NCBI GenBank assembly: GCA_964016885.1
Contig: OZ024754.1
Span: 8,804,001 to 8,868,000 of the forward strand
Reading direction: 5' to 3'
DNA: 64,000 nt
Origin: Eledone cirrhosa
Lineage: Eukaryota
This document shows, piece after piece, positions 28,623-42,717 of this stretch. Made by a program: the position numbers and the translations under genes. Position 1 is the first letter of the stretch. Every line of letters starts with the position of its first letter. The notes beneath the pieces were generated by a model. The model saw only the letters and a list, made by a program, of their open reading frames with translations, searched no databases and was not told the origin of the DNA.

Positions 28623-29444
28623 GTTGTTAGGGTGGTGTCACCGTGGTTAGGGTGGTGTCACCGTGCTTAGAGTTGTGTAGCCGTGGTTATGGTGGTGTCG
28701 CTGTGGTTAGGGTGGCGTCACCGTGGTTAGGGCGGTGTCACCGTGCTTAGAGTTGTGTAGCCGTGGTTATGGTGGTGTCGCTGTGGTTAGGGTGGTGACG
28801 TTGTGGTTAAGGGTGGTGGCCCCGTGGTTAGGGTGGTGTCGCCGTGGTTAGGGTGGTGTCACCGTGCTTAGGGCGGTGTCGCCGTGGTTAGGGTGGTGTC
28901 ACCGTGGTTAGGGTGGTGACGTTGTGGTTAGGGTGGTGCCGTTGTGGTTAGGGTGGTGTCGCCGTGGTTAGACGGTGTCGCCGTGGTTAGGGTGGTGTCG
29001 CCGTGGTTAGGGTGGTGTCATTGTGGTTAGGGTGGTGTCGCCGTGGTTAGGGTGGTGTCATTGTGGTTAGGGTGGTGACGTTGTGGTTAAGGGTGGTGGC
29101 GCCGTGGTTAGACGGTGTCGCCGTGGTTAGGGTGGTGTCGCCGTGGTTAGGGTGGTGTCATTGTGGTTAGGGTGGTGTCGCCGTGGTTAGGGTGGTGTCA
29201 TTGTGGTTAGGGCGGTGTCGCCGTGGTTAGGGCGGTGTCGCCGTGGTTAGGGCGGTGTCGCTGTGTTTAGGGTGGTGCCGTTATGGTTAGGGTGGTGTCG
29301 CCGTGGTTAGGGCGGTGTCGCCGTGGTTAGGGCGGTGTCGCCGTGGTTAGGGCGGTGTCGCCGTGGTTAGGGCGGTGTCGCTGTGGTTAGGGTGGTGCCG
29401 TTGTGGTTAGGGTGGTGTCGCCGTGGTTAGGGCGGTGTCATTGT
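28623..29444 (+). repeat. 20-bp G-rich minisatellite containing TTAGGG (about 40 units)
   Basis: Unit CCGTGGTTAGGGTGGTGTCG with variants. Confidence 0.9.
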
Positions 29445-29754
29445 GATATTTAAACGTGTCGTTTGGCGGTGTGTAACACAGGCAGAATGTAAATAACTCA
29501 GACGAGAATTTCAACGGAGGTGAGTAGATAGATGGATAGATAGATAGATAGATAGATGGATAGATAGATAGATGGATGATGATGGTGGTGGTGGCAGTAA
29601 CGAAGACTATCCAGTGCGATGGTGTATATGTAGGCGTGTGAATGTATATGTAGGCGTGAGAGTGAGAGAGAGAGAGATTGAGTGAGAGAGTGAGTGAGTG
29701 AGAGAGAGAGTGAGTGAGAGAGTGTGTGTGTGAGAGAGAGAGAGAGAGACTTAC

Positions 29755-29805
29755 GTTAGGAGAGAGAGTCACACAACACCAACTGGAGACCAAACATTTA
29801 TACAT
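29755..29805 (-). CDS. Possible alternative first coding micro-exon (MYKCLVSSWCCVTLSPN)
   Basis: ATG at 29805-29803, 17 codons, then consensus donor AAC|GTAAGT (29754-29749), phase 0. It is short and could be chance. Confidence 0.25.
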
Positions 29806-29900
29806 GGAAGAACAGCTACTCACAACAGATATGAGCTAAAACAATATGGGATAGATGCGTAGGTATGTATATAATGAATGTGAACAAGTGTGTATATAGA

Positions 29901-29954
<54 letters not shown>

Positions 29955-31404
29955 TGTATATATATATATATGATACGGGCATAAAGATGCTTGGTAGATT
30001 TTTAATTAGCATGTATGTATAATGTGTTCGTGTGTGCCTCCAGGTGAAAGGAATACTATAGGGTAAAGCTGTTATGTAAAGAGTGATTCTTTAGGACGTG
30101 TGTGTATGTCTATGTATGCATGTGGGTATGTGTACGCATGTGTGTATGTGTACGCATGTGTATGTTTGTATATGTACGTGTGTGTGTATGTATGTATGTG
30201 TGTATGTATGTATGTACATGTGTATGTTTGTATGTGTTAGTTTGTTAGAGCCTAGACACATTAGTGATAATATACAATTGAGAAAGGTGAGGCTCGTGTG
30301 TGTATGTGTGTGTGTGTGTAAGCATGTGTGCATGTGTGCATGTGTGTGTATGATTGTGTGCATGTGCGTATGTATGTGTGTGTTCGTTTGTCAGAACCTA
30401 GACAGATTAGTGATATATATACAATTGGGAAAAGCAAGACTAGTGTGTGTGTGTGTGTGTGTGTGAGTAAGTGTGTGTATCTATGTATGTGTGCATATGT
30501 GTATGTATGTATGTATGTATGTATGTGTGTGTTAGTTTGTCAGAGCGCAGACAAGATTAGTAAGTTGAGAAGAGTGGGGACTGGTGTGAAGGCGAGTGTG
30601 TGTGTATGTAAAGTGTGTGTATGTGAAGGTGTGTGTGTATGTGAAGATGTGCGTGTGCATGTAAAAGTGTGCGTGTATGTAAAGGTGTGTGTATAAGTAA
30701 AAGTGTGTGTATATATGTAAAGGTGTGTATATGTAAGTAAAGGTGTGTGTGTGTTTGTATGTAAAAGTGTGTATGTATGTAAAGGTGTGTGTTTGTATGT
30801 AAAGGTGTGTGTATGTAAGTAACTGTGTGTGTATGTATGTAAAGGTGTGTGTGTAGACGAAATTGTTAGGTGCTAAGTAGAGAAGAGGGAGGGTGTTGGT
30901 GGAAGTCTGAATGTGTTAATTGAGGTGTTGAATGCCCGGGGGGGGGGGATATGAGTACAGGAGGAGGAAGAGAGACCTTAATTTACTTTATGGATCCTCC
31001 ACCAGTTTCGAAGATGAGCATTCAGTTGTTCGATCAGCTAAACGCCCAACAAGTGAATTAAAGTGTAAGTAGTTTTGTGAAGTACCAAAACAAACATAAC
31101 AGATTAATTAAATAATTAAATATAGACTATCAGACATGATTGTACGTACAGTAGATACTGAGATAATTTAGTGAGATAAAGTCTAGTCTGGTTATAAGTT
31201 GAATGAAGAGTTTAAAACATTTAACTCATATCGGATGCTGTGGCGGAAACATGATAGACAAAATAATTGTTTCTATTTTTGGCACAAGGCCAGCAATTAT
31301 CCCAGTGTATTACTGGTACTTTATTTTATCCACCCCGTAAGGATGAAAGGCAAAGTTAACCTCAGCGGGATTTGAGACAAAATAATGACATATCAATGAA
31401 AATA

Positions 31405-31840
31405 TTTGTCTCTCTATATATCACTATCTCTAAAATTATCTACCTGTCTCTCTATATCTACCTGTCTCTCTATATATCACTATCTCTAAAACTATCTACC
31501 TGTCTACCTGTCTCTCTATATATCACTATCTCTAAAACTATCTACCTGTCTCTCTATATCTACCTGTCTCTCTATATATCACTATCTCGAAAACTATCTA
31601 CCTGTCTCTCTATATATCACTATCTCGAAAACTATCTACCCGTCTCTCTATATATCACTATCTCTAAAACTATCTACCTGTCTCTCTATATATCACTATC
31701 TCTGTACCTCTCTAAAACCTCTACCTATCTCTCTAATACCTATCAGTCTACCTTCCTCTATCTCTCTATCACCTATCTACCTGTCTCTCTATCACCAGTC
31801 TCTCTCTCTATCTAACACCTACTCACCTATCTCTCTATCT
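31405..31840. repeat. CT-rich minisatellite
   Basis: Repeats of CTATCTACCTGTCTCTCTATATATCACTATCTCTAAAA. Confidence 0.8.
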
Positions 31841-31932
31841 GTCATGCATTTCTGAACAATGGTGTCATCACTGTAAGTTTCCAATGAGTAACTTCTAGTT
31901 TTAAAGTTTATATCTGTTCTTACTCTACCCAC

Positions 31933-31976
<44 letters not shown>

Positions 31977-32493
31977 GACATGTTATATAATTGTTTCTAC
32001 TTTGGGCACAAGGCCAGCAATTACCCAGTGCATTACTGGTACTTTATTTTATCGACCCCGTAAGGATGAAAGGCAAAGTCAACCTCGGTGGACATGCTAT
32101 ATAATGTTCTCTATTGAGCACAGATATACAGAGTATGATGGTGTGTGCATGTGTGTGTATATATATAATATACTTTAACTTTAATTATATCTCATAAAAT
32201 AATACAACTGGTTTTTCCACATTATACATATTGTTAGCACCCCAAACACTTAAATTGGGTTTATATTTTAATATAACATAATGTTTGTTGAGTGAGATGG
32301 TTACCAGTCAGAGTTTAGCTTTAAACTATCTCTGTTATTGTATTAAATATATGTATATATATATACATATATATATATGGTATAATATGAGTTAACCAAC
32401 CGACACTAGTGTATGCAAGATAGAGCACTTAAAGTAAACAGCAACTGTGTAACGAATAAATGAGGTAAATTCTAACCAGTTGACTTATACTTC

Positions 32494-32536
<43 letters not shown>

Positions 32537-32903
32537 ATAATAATAAATTTGAAGACTAAAATCGAAAGAGGGCTCGATAAGGATAAATATATATCAAATA
32601 TATAAGAACCATAGAGCAAATATTTATTAAAATATATATATATATATATATATATTTCGTTTCTGAATTTGTTTAGCAAGATTCTTTATCTGAAATCGTG
32701 TGTTGAAACCGATATTGTTATACTTTGGGAGGGTCATGTTGCCAATAAGACCCTCATGTTGGCAACATGACCCTCCCAAAGTATAACAATATATATATAT
32801 ATAGAAAAGGGGAAAGTAAGTTTGACGTGTCAGGTTTTAGCCCTTCTTCAGGAGTTCAAAAGTAGAGGCAGGATCACAAAGGATACAGAAAATAAAAGGT
32901 AGT

Positions 32904-32953
<50 letters not shown>

Positions 32954-33341
32954 ATATATATAGACATTATATGAATTGGGTGTACATGTGCTTGTTTTAT
33001 GGGTTTGTCTAATAAATACTAAACAGGCGATGAACAAAGGCACTGTTTATAGAACTAAAACAATGTTTAATAAGCTGGTAGTGTAGTTTGAGCAAGATGT
33101 TGAACAACTACATTATATATATATATATGTCATGGTATGTTTGTATATCTGAATTTATCCTTTTGATTGAGTTCTGTGAACCATACAATTTTAGTCAGTA
33201 TCTTCTCCCTAGCACTTTCTGTCCCTTGTGATTTGAACACATATAGTTATATATCCGTGTTCATCTCTCTTTATTATATAGGCACATGGCTTAGTGGTTA
33301 GGGCATTGGCCTTGCAATCGAAAGGTATATATATATATATA

Positions 33342-33394
33342 GAGATTCCTGATGATTTCTAAAGAATGAAACAGTTCTAGTCCTGTAGAATCTC
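33342..33394 (+). ncRNA. Type I hammerhead ribozyme at the start of a short element (to about 33477) between (TA)n tracts
   Basis: GAGATTC-CTGATGA-TTTCTAAAGAAT-GAAA-CAG(TTCTAGTC)CTG-TA-GAATCTC. Stem I is 7 bp and the site is GUA. The base of stem II is a T-T mismatch. Confidence 0.75.
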
Positions 33395-33475
33395 ATCTAT
33401 ATTAAAACTTTTATACTCTGCAATGTATTGAGTACCTTACTTACTGTAGTTACCTCCGATTCAACCCGGAATAAC

Positions 33476-33526
<51 letters not shown>

Positions 33527-33570
33527 TATATGCACATATCTATAATATTATAAAGCTGAGCATCGTGTGT

Positions 33571-33770
33571 NNNNNNNNNNNNNNNNNNNNNNNNNNNNNN
33601 NNNNNNNNNNNNNNNNNNNNNNNNNNNNNNNNNNNNNNNNNNNNNNNNNNNNNNNNNNNNNNNNNNNNNNNNNNNNNNNNNNNNNNNNNNNNNNNNNNNN
33701 NNNNNNNNNNNNNNNNNNNNNNNNNNNNNNNNNNNNNNNNNNNNNNNNNNNNNNNNNNNNNNNNNNNNNN
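33571..33770. other. Assembly gap (200 N)
   Basis: Run of N. Confidence 1.
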
Positions 33771-35346
33771 AGACCCCTCTACACACACTACATACTCCAC
33801 ACACGACATCCAACTTCACCTCTATTAGGGTCGGATGCCATGCTTTGCAGCATAGAGTTACGGCCCTTTATGGTCTGAGTTCAAATCCCGCCGAGGTTAA
33901 CTTTGCCTTTCATCCTTACGGGGGTCGATAAAATATAGTACCAGTAATACACTGGGATAATTGCTGGCCTTGTGCCAAAAAGGTAGAAACAATTATAGTA
34001 AATAAAAAAAACTTAATGAATTAGAACCGAATCTTTTTCACAGGTAGATGCTAATAATTGTTTCTACTTTTGGCACAAGGCCAGCAATTACCCCCAGTGC
34101 ATTACTGGTACTTTATTTTATCGATCCCGCAAGGATGAAAGGCAAAGTTACCCTCGGCGGGATTTGGCTTCATAACGTAAAGGGACGTAACTCTATGTTG
34201 CAAAGCTGGGCGTCTGACCCTCTACTGATACTGCCAATCCACTGCCTAATAATTGTTTCTACTTTTGGCACAAGGCCAGCAATAACTCCCAGTACATTAC
34301 TGGTACTTTATTTTATCGATCCCGTAAGGATGAAAGGCAAAGTTACCCTCGGCGGGAATCCACTGCCTAATAATGGTTTCCAAGGTTTCGTACAAGGCCA
34401 ACAATTTCTGGGGCGCAGAAAGTAGATTAAATCGGCTCCAGTATATATACAATAATAACAACAAAGGAGGGGAAGGGAGAGAGGGAGAGAAAGAAGAGGA
34501 GCGAGAAGGGGGAGAAAGAGAGAGGGGGAGAGAAAGAGGAGAAAGGGAGAGGGAGAGAGAAAGAGGGGGAGAGAAAGAGGAGAAAGGGAGAGGGAGAGAG
34601 AAAGAGGAGAAAGGGAGGGGGAGAGAAAGAGGAGAAAGGGAGAGGAGAGGAGAAAGAAAGAGAGGAAGAGAGAGAGGGGAGAGAAAGAGGAGGAAAGGGA
34701 GAGAGAAAGTGTGTGTGTGTGTGTGTGTGTGAGTGTGAGTGTGAGTGTGTGTGTGTGTGTGTGTGTAAGACAGAGAGAGAGAGAGAGAGGGTGAGGGTGA
34801 AGGAAGATATTTGAAAGAACTACAAACTTGTAATTACATGTTCAGCTAGAAGATAACAATCGTTGTTAGGATCATCAATATAACATCTTGGTATCATAGC
34901 TAGAAAGAAAATAGCTAAAACTGGGGAAATACAAAGAGAAGCCGATTATCAAACAATCGTTTCCATTGCTACTGTTGTAGCCGTTGTTATTGGACTTCCG
35001 TCGTTTTTGACGAGTAGTGATACAGTTGTTCGAACAACGGAACTGCCTACTCGTTTTAAATGTCAATTCCTGTTCTAATATTGATTCTGTATGAAACTGG
35101 ACATTTTTGGAGTGGTTTGTACTTCTGAAGAGTGTGATGATTAGGTGTGTGAAAATTACATGGGGTCATTGTAGCACTGAGAAATACAGAAACATATGTG
35201 ACGCCAGGAGACACCAATTGCTTCATGTGTGTGTGTGTATATATATATATATGTAGGAGGTGAGTTTTATTGTAGTACAATAAAGCAATGCAGATATCGG
35301 ATAAGTAGCACTCTACAGTTTGTAGGACTGGAGTGTAAATAATATA

Positions 35347-35581
35347 TAAGATCAAAAGATGGTTAAAGGAGTTCCATGTATTTTATTATTCGCATTTCAA
35401 AAACAAATATCATCATGCAATAACATTTGCGTTTTCGTCAGATAAAATAGGGAGACATGATATGAAGGTTAAAACACACTTGTATTTTATCTGACGAAAA
35501 CGCAAATGTTATTGCATGATGATATTTGTTTTTGAAATGCGCATAATAAAATACATGGAACTCTTTTAACCATCTTTTGAT

Positions 35582-35585
<4 letters not shown>
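35347..35585. ncRNA. Head-to-head inverted pair of hammerhead elements
   Basis: Plus strand 35481-35555 reads TGTATTTTAT-CTGACGA-stem II-GAAA-TGCGCA-TA-ATAAAATACA. An inverted copy of about 100 bp lies at 35347-35449, with a spacer of about 33 nt. The element ends in (TA)n. Confidence 0.75.
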
Positions 35586-35654
<69 letters not shown>

Positions 35655-36134
35655 CAGGTGGGCTCAAACGACATGCAAAAGTACATGAAGTCCAACCACA
35701 GCCGGCTATTACCAGTGAATGTCTTGGTTGCCAACTCTGTGCAAGGCTGAGCTAAAAAGCTACATTCGATCGCAGCACCGTTAATTATTAATATATATGT
35801 GCATTTTTTTTTTGTCTTGCAATGGCCATACTCGATAACGAGGGGACAGCCATCATCATGTATGTATGTATGTATGTATGTATGTATGTATGTATGTATG
35901 TATGTATGTATGTATGTTTTCTCTTTCTCTTAATTTTGAGTATATTTTTTTGACCGGCCACCTTCCTGGTGGCAAGGTTGTAAAAGAAAAGAAATTGTCA
36001 TCCCTTGAATCGCAAGAATGTTTTGCAAATTTTGAAGGTGCCAGCTATGTATGTATGTATGTATGTATGTATGTATGTATGTATGTATGTATGTATGTAT
36101 GTATGTATGCATGCATGTCAAGTGGCTGCTGAGT

Positions 36135-36680
36135 GTTATTGGTAACATGTAACCCGGTACAACCTGTCACATGGCCGAGTCGTCGGCAACTAAACCGGCA
36201 ACCACACCAAGTTTACTTGGTGAGGAGGAGGATTTTGGACACCCTGCAGGATGACAAACAAAACCTGACAAAGGGCGGATGAACTCATGAGAGCCAACAG
36301 CCATCCAGTACCGAGTACATGTGGAGTGGAGGCTAGCAACAGAAACAAGTGGAGAAGAAAAATATATGAAGGATATCGATCACTTTATGCAAAGAAAATA
36401 AGTTGAGCAAAAACCAAAAGAGCTGCTCGCAAGGGATATTAGTAGACCCAGCGGTTCCTCGGTTTGTTTGCCATGAGTGTGACCGAATACTACTGTCAAA
36501 TGCAGGACTCCAAATCCACCTCTGGCCTCACATGGACAACCCACCAACAGAGCATGCCAAATTCATTGTTGCAGACCCACGTACTTGTGATATATGAGGC
36601 AGAATCTGGATGAGCCGTTCTGGACCCACAAGACACTTGAAGACCCATAAGGATCTTCCAATTAAGAGGCTTAACCATCA
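36135..36680 (+). mobile_element. RTE(BovB-like)-derived element: putative 5'UTR joined to ORF C-terminus with C2H2 finger remnants
   Basis: EASNRNKWRRKIYEG and FVCHECDRILLSNAGLQIHLWPH follow about 170 nt of non-coding leader with no EN or RT between them. Confidence 0.5.
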
Positions 36681-37019
36681 GGTGGTAAATATAGATTAGG
36701 ATTTAGTTTATAGACAGGGTGGTAAACTCTGCAAGTCTCTCACCGGCTTCAGGAGTCATTGCCGATCTGATGTTCGTGGGAACAACCAACTGTGAGTCAA
36801 TTTGTCTAACTATATATAAATTGATTTTTGTTTATCGTTCTAGGTGAACAAATTGTGATAGCAACACCTCCCAGTAGCTTCATAAGTCATTCGATCTAGA
36901 TTAATCAATGTATTTAACATTGATATTCGTTTAAAGATCTAGGTCAACAAACTATGCCATCAGATCTTACATATGGTAATTTATCTTTGTCACCATTTGT
37001 AAAAATAATATATGTTGTA

Positions 37020-37022
<3 letters not shown>

Positions 37023-37076
<54 letters not shown>

Positions 37077-37547
37077 TACATATATATATACATATACATA
37101 CACATATACATATATATACACATATACATATATATATACATATATATACATACATATACATATATATATATACACATACATATATATATATATATATACA
37201 CATACATATATATATATACACACATACATATATATATATATACACATACATATATATATATATACACATACATATATATATATATACACATACATATATA
37301 TATATATATACACAAATATATATATATATATACACATACATATATATATACACATACATATATATATATATACACATACATATATATATATATACACATA
37401 CATATATATATATATACACATACATATATATATATATACACATACATACATATATACACATACATACATATATATATACACATACATATATATATACACA
37501 TATATATATATATATACACATATATATATACACATATATATATACAC

Positions 37548-37580
<33 letters not shown>

Positions 37581-37607
37581 CACATACATATATATATACA
37601 CAAATAC

Positions 37608-37639
<32 letters not shown>

Positions 37640-38197
37640 ATATATACACATACATATATATATACACAAATACATATATATATATACATATACATATATA
37701 TATATACACATATATATATATATATACACATATATATATACACATATATATATATATGTATATGTGTATATATATACACATATATATATATACACATATA
37801 CATATATACACATATACATATACATATATATACATATACATATATATACACATATATATATATACACATATATATATATATATACACATATATATATATA
37901 CACATATACATATATATATATACATATATACATATATATATATACATATATATATATACATATATATATATACATATACATATATATATATACATATACA
38001 TATATATACACACATATATATATATATACATATACATATATATACACACATATATATATACACATATATATATATACACACATATATATATACACACATA
38101 TATATACATATACATATATATATATACACATATATATATACATATATATATATATACACACATATATATATACACACATATATATATATATATACAC

Positions 38198-38242
<45 letters not shown>

Positions 38243-38489
38243 CATATATATATACACATATATATATATATACACATATATATATATATACATATATATA
38301 TATACACATATATATATATACAGATATATATATACACATATATATATACACATATATATATACACATATATATATATACACATATATATATACACATATA
38401 TATATATACACATATATATATACACACATATATATATACACATATATATATATATACACATATATATATATACACATATATATATACAC

Positions 38490-38520
<31 letters not shown>

Positions 38521-39502
38521 TATATATATACACATATATATATATATACACACATATATATATACACATATATATATACACATATATATATACACATATA
38601 TACATACACATATATATATACACATATATACATATACACATATATACATATACACATATATATATACACATATATACATATACATATATATATATATACA
38701 CATATATATATATACACATATATATATATACACATATATATATACACATATATATATATACACATATATATATACACATATATATATATACACATATATA
38801 TATACATACACATATATATACACATATATATATACATATAGATATATACACATATATATATACATATAGATATACATATAGATATATACACATATATATA
38901 TACATATACATATATATATATACACATATATATATACATATACATATATATATATATACACATATATATATATACACATATATATATATATACACATATA
39001 TATATACACATATATATATACACATATATATATATACACATATATATACACATATATATACACATATATATATACACATATATATACACATATATATATA
39101 TACACATATATATATATACACATATATATATACATATACATATATATATACACATATATATATACACATATATATATACATATATATATACACATAATAT
39201 ATATATACACATATATATATATACACATATATATATACATATACATATATATATACACATATATATATACACATATATATATATACACATATATATATAC
39301 ATATACATATATACACATATACATATATATATACACATATATACACATATACATATATATATATACACACATATATATATATATATACACATATATATAT
39401 ATATATATACACATATACATATATATATACACATATATATATATACACATATATATATATATACACATATATATATATATACACACATATATATATATAC
39501 AC

Positions 39503-39554
<52 letters not shown>
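37023..39554. repeat. 2.5-kb (TA)n/(CA) compound microsatellite
   Basis: Direct inspection. Confidence 0.98.
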
Positions 39555-39600
39555 TAAGAGAGTAAAACAAAGAATCCTTTAATACATCAAAAGTTTTTAT

Positions 39601-39643
39601 TAGCCGACAATGTTTCGTCCTATTAAGGACTCATCAGGGCAAT
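39601..39643 (-). ncRNA. Type I hammerhead ribozyme, canonical core
   Basis: Minus strand reads ATTGCC-CTGATGA-GTCC(TTAATA)GGAC-GAAA-C(ATT)G-TC-GGCTAAT. Stems I, II and III pair, the 10.1/11.1 pair is G-C, and the cleavage triplet is GUC. Confidence 0.85.
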
Positions 39644-39939
39644 CAAAACAACAAGAGGTAATATCGGCAGATACAAGCCAGAAACTCTGAAGAATATGGA
39701 GTTTACATACACTAATGTCTTACAAAGATATACGATAATAAAAATGAAAAAAATGATAAAAATATTAAAAATATATAATAACTAAGGATGTAGATAACAT
39801 TTAGAACCATATTACAAATATACCAACCTATATCTAAACAATTTTTTGGCTCTGTATAACTGCATTGAGCTATACCTTTTACTGTCATTTCTATAATATG
39901 AAGAGGGTGTTTGACTCAAACACGCTCCAGTATTCTAAT

Positions 39940-39984
<45 letters not shown>

Positions 39985-40188
39985 TATACATATATATATA
40001 CATATACATATATATATATACGGGATAACAAATTGTTATAGGTAGTCCACTTAGGTGTAGTCCAGTTAGGGTACTCCGAGTAGTGGATGGTATCAACGCT
40101 TGGCTAAGTTTGACTCAACAAGGCGTTTCCATAGCGATGCTGCGAGTACGCGGTGATTTCTATGTAGTTTACACTTGGAGTAATGATA

Positions 40189-40383
40189 AATCAAGAAAGA
40201 AGAGTGACACGGTTTGCTATACAATAAGGGCTTTAATCACATTGCTGACAATTGTTTCTCTGAACTGGTAGGTCTGGAGATCGCTACCCGCCTGTTTTTG
40301 CGTCAATCGATCACCAATACTTCGTTATAACCAGTCAATTCATCAGAGCATGTGACATCATACCATGTCACTCTTCATTCTTG

Positions 40384-40388
<5 letters not shown>
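40189..40388 (-). ncRNA. Type I hammerhead with long stem II and extended stem I; partial inverted copy at 40501-40586
   Basis: Minus strand 40355 to 40237 reads TCACATGCT-CTGATGA-ATTGACTGGT...ACCAGTTCAGA-GAAA-CAATTG-TC-AGCAATGTGA. Positions 40189-40213 pair with 40364-40388. Confidence 0.65.
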
Positions 40389-40441
<53 letters not shown>

Positions 40442-41106
40442 AGAAGCAATGCTTACCTGTGTTTTCTCTTTTATACTATATATATATATATATATATATA
40501 AATCAAGAATGAAGATTGACATGGTATGATGTCACATGCTCTGATGAATTGACTGGTTATAACAAAGTATTGGTGATCGATTGACCCAAGAAGCTAGATT
40601 TACCATCTTTCTAGCGGGTCCGGGTATGCTTTTTACATTCATTTGATTTATTGATTTATTGATATTTTTTCTGAGTGTCCCGAATCTTCCAGATCGCAAT
40701 TTTTCGGTCGTACGGTTGATTATAGACTTGTTCTATGTGTGACGGTATTTTAACGATAGTTATAGCTCTGATTTATCTGAATTATTGAGCCCTCTGCCGC
40801 TCATTTCGAATTTTGTTTATCGTGAACTCGTGCGCCGATTTTTCGATACTCGATTATTCTACTATATCTATTATATATATATATATATATAAGGTAAACA
40901 GAAATAACAACACAATCGGTACGGTATATATATAGAAGGAATATATTAGGTTAACGCTTAAAATAGCAGGAAGAGGGTCTTAACGTTTCGTACACTAGTC
41001 CTTCACCAGAAGAAAGAATGAGAAATAAGATAGAATGAGGGGACGGGCGGGTTGGAATAGGAAAAAATGTCTTTAGATAAAAATAACAGGTCCATTCATG
41101 TTGACA

Positions 41107-41161
<55 letters not shown>

Positions 41162-41163
<2 letters not shown>

Positions 41164-41314
41164 GTATTTCCCGGCGTACGCTACCTTTTCCCTAAAATAA
41201 GTCTTAAAAAAATCTACCATGCGTTCTGGAGGCCGAAGGTTGTTTATTATTATTTTTTTCTTTTTAAATTTTTGGTTGTCAAAATTAGGGTGCGTCTTCG
41301 TCGCCGGAAAATAC

Positions 41315-41316
<2 letters not shown>
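41162..41316. mobile_element. Tc1/mariner-superfamily (pogo/Tc2-like) MITE in (TA)n
   Basis: TIRs CCGTATTTCCCGGCG / CGCCGGAAAATACGG with TA flanks. Confidence 0.75.
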
Positions 41317-41360
<44 letters not shown>

Positions 41361-42588
41361 TAAATGAACCGAAACCTTAGTGATTTCCAGAGGTTGACCG
41401 AGGAGATGAGACTGTCCGTTTTTCTGTTGCTGTTTTTTTCCCCCATTATTTTTGTCCTGTGAGAACCCCTATTTTGAATACATATTGTAAAGGTTTAGAA
41501 CACGCATTTAGCATTTTATACAAGGTCAGCAGTCGTGACATCAGAACACATGTAGCATTTTATGATGACAGTTGTGACAACAGTCCATACAATATAGCTT
41601 CATTTGTAATCGCAGCTAGTCTAGAGTATTGTCGCCAGCTCGTAAAAACGAACTGATGACGGAAGGAACTTGACTGCAGGCTGCTTGTTGAATTAGTCGG
41701 CAGTGAAAGAACTTCCGCTGAGGCGAGTAACAGGATCTGAACTTCATGGGTAGATAACTCTTCCTTATATTTGTCAATGTTTGTCATCCAATAAATAACA
41801 GTTCAACAAATCACCATATATTGTTGTTTTGTGTGTATTTTAACTAAAGCTATACTAGCACAATAAATATAGTAACACGAATACATATAAATCGATTTTT
41901 GTTTAATATCTTAGGTCAATAATTGTGATACCAGAACACACAATACTTCTATCAAGATTAAATATAGTAACAGTACATATAAATTGATTTTCGTTTGACA
42001 TTTTACCCCAGCGATCATGATAAGTTGCCTCTTCTAGCATTCCGAATATAACGAATATAACAACGGCACGGTATAGACAAATATACTTTCGTTTAACATT
42101 CTAGGTCAACGACTTTGACATCAGAACATAAAGGCTTCACGTGGAATTCCATCTCACATATAAAGTATATTAGCGACATATAAATTGATTTTTTGTTTGT
42201 TTAACAATCTATCTGTGCCAACAATGATGGCGTCAGAAAATACAAATTGTTTTATGCTGTATTCTATCTAGGTCATATAAATGCGGTAACTAACAAATAC
42301 GTGTAAATCTGAGTTTGAGTTGAAAACTTAGGTCAATAATTGTTACATCAGAACATATCTTGATTCATAGATCATTTTGTTAACCTTTTTGATACTAAAT
42401 CTTCTGAAACCACTCTTGGTTTTATGAGACAAAGCTGTTTATTTTATTGTGTTTACATTCATCTAAAAATCTTTCAAGTAACAACCTTTATTAAGTTGTG
42501 CTCCAAATACCAGCTTTATAACGAGAAATTCATTTTTTTAAAAATCTTAATCTTTATTGTGGTATTGAGTACTGAGTCTAGTTACAAA

Positions 42589-42686
<98 letters not shown>

Positions 42687-42717
42687 CATTATAAATAAAA
42701 AGAAATAGAAATATAAT

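Noticed and set aside
28623-29444. Interstitial telomere
   Set aside because: TTAGGG occurs once per 20-bp unit, not as tandem hexamers.
36954-39570. ORFs of 750-870 aa
   Set aside because: They are translations of (TA/CA)n.
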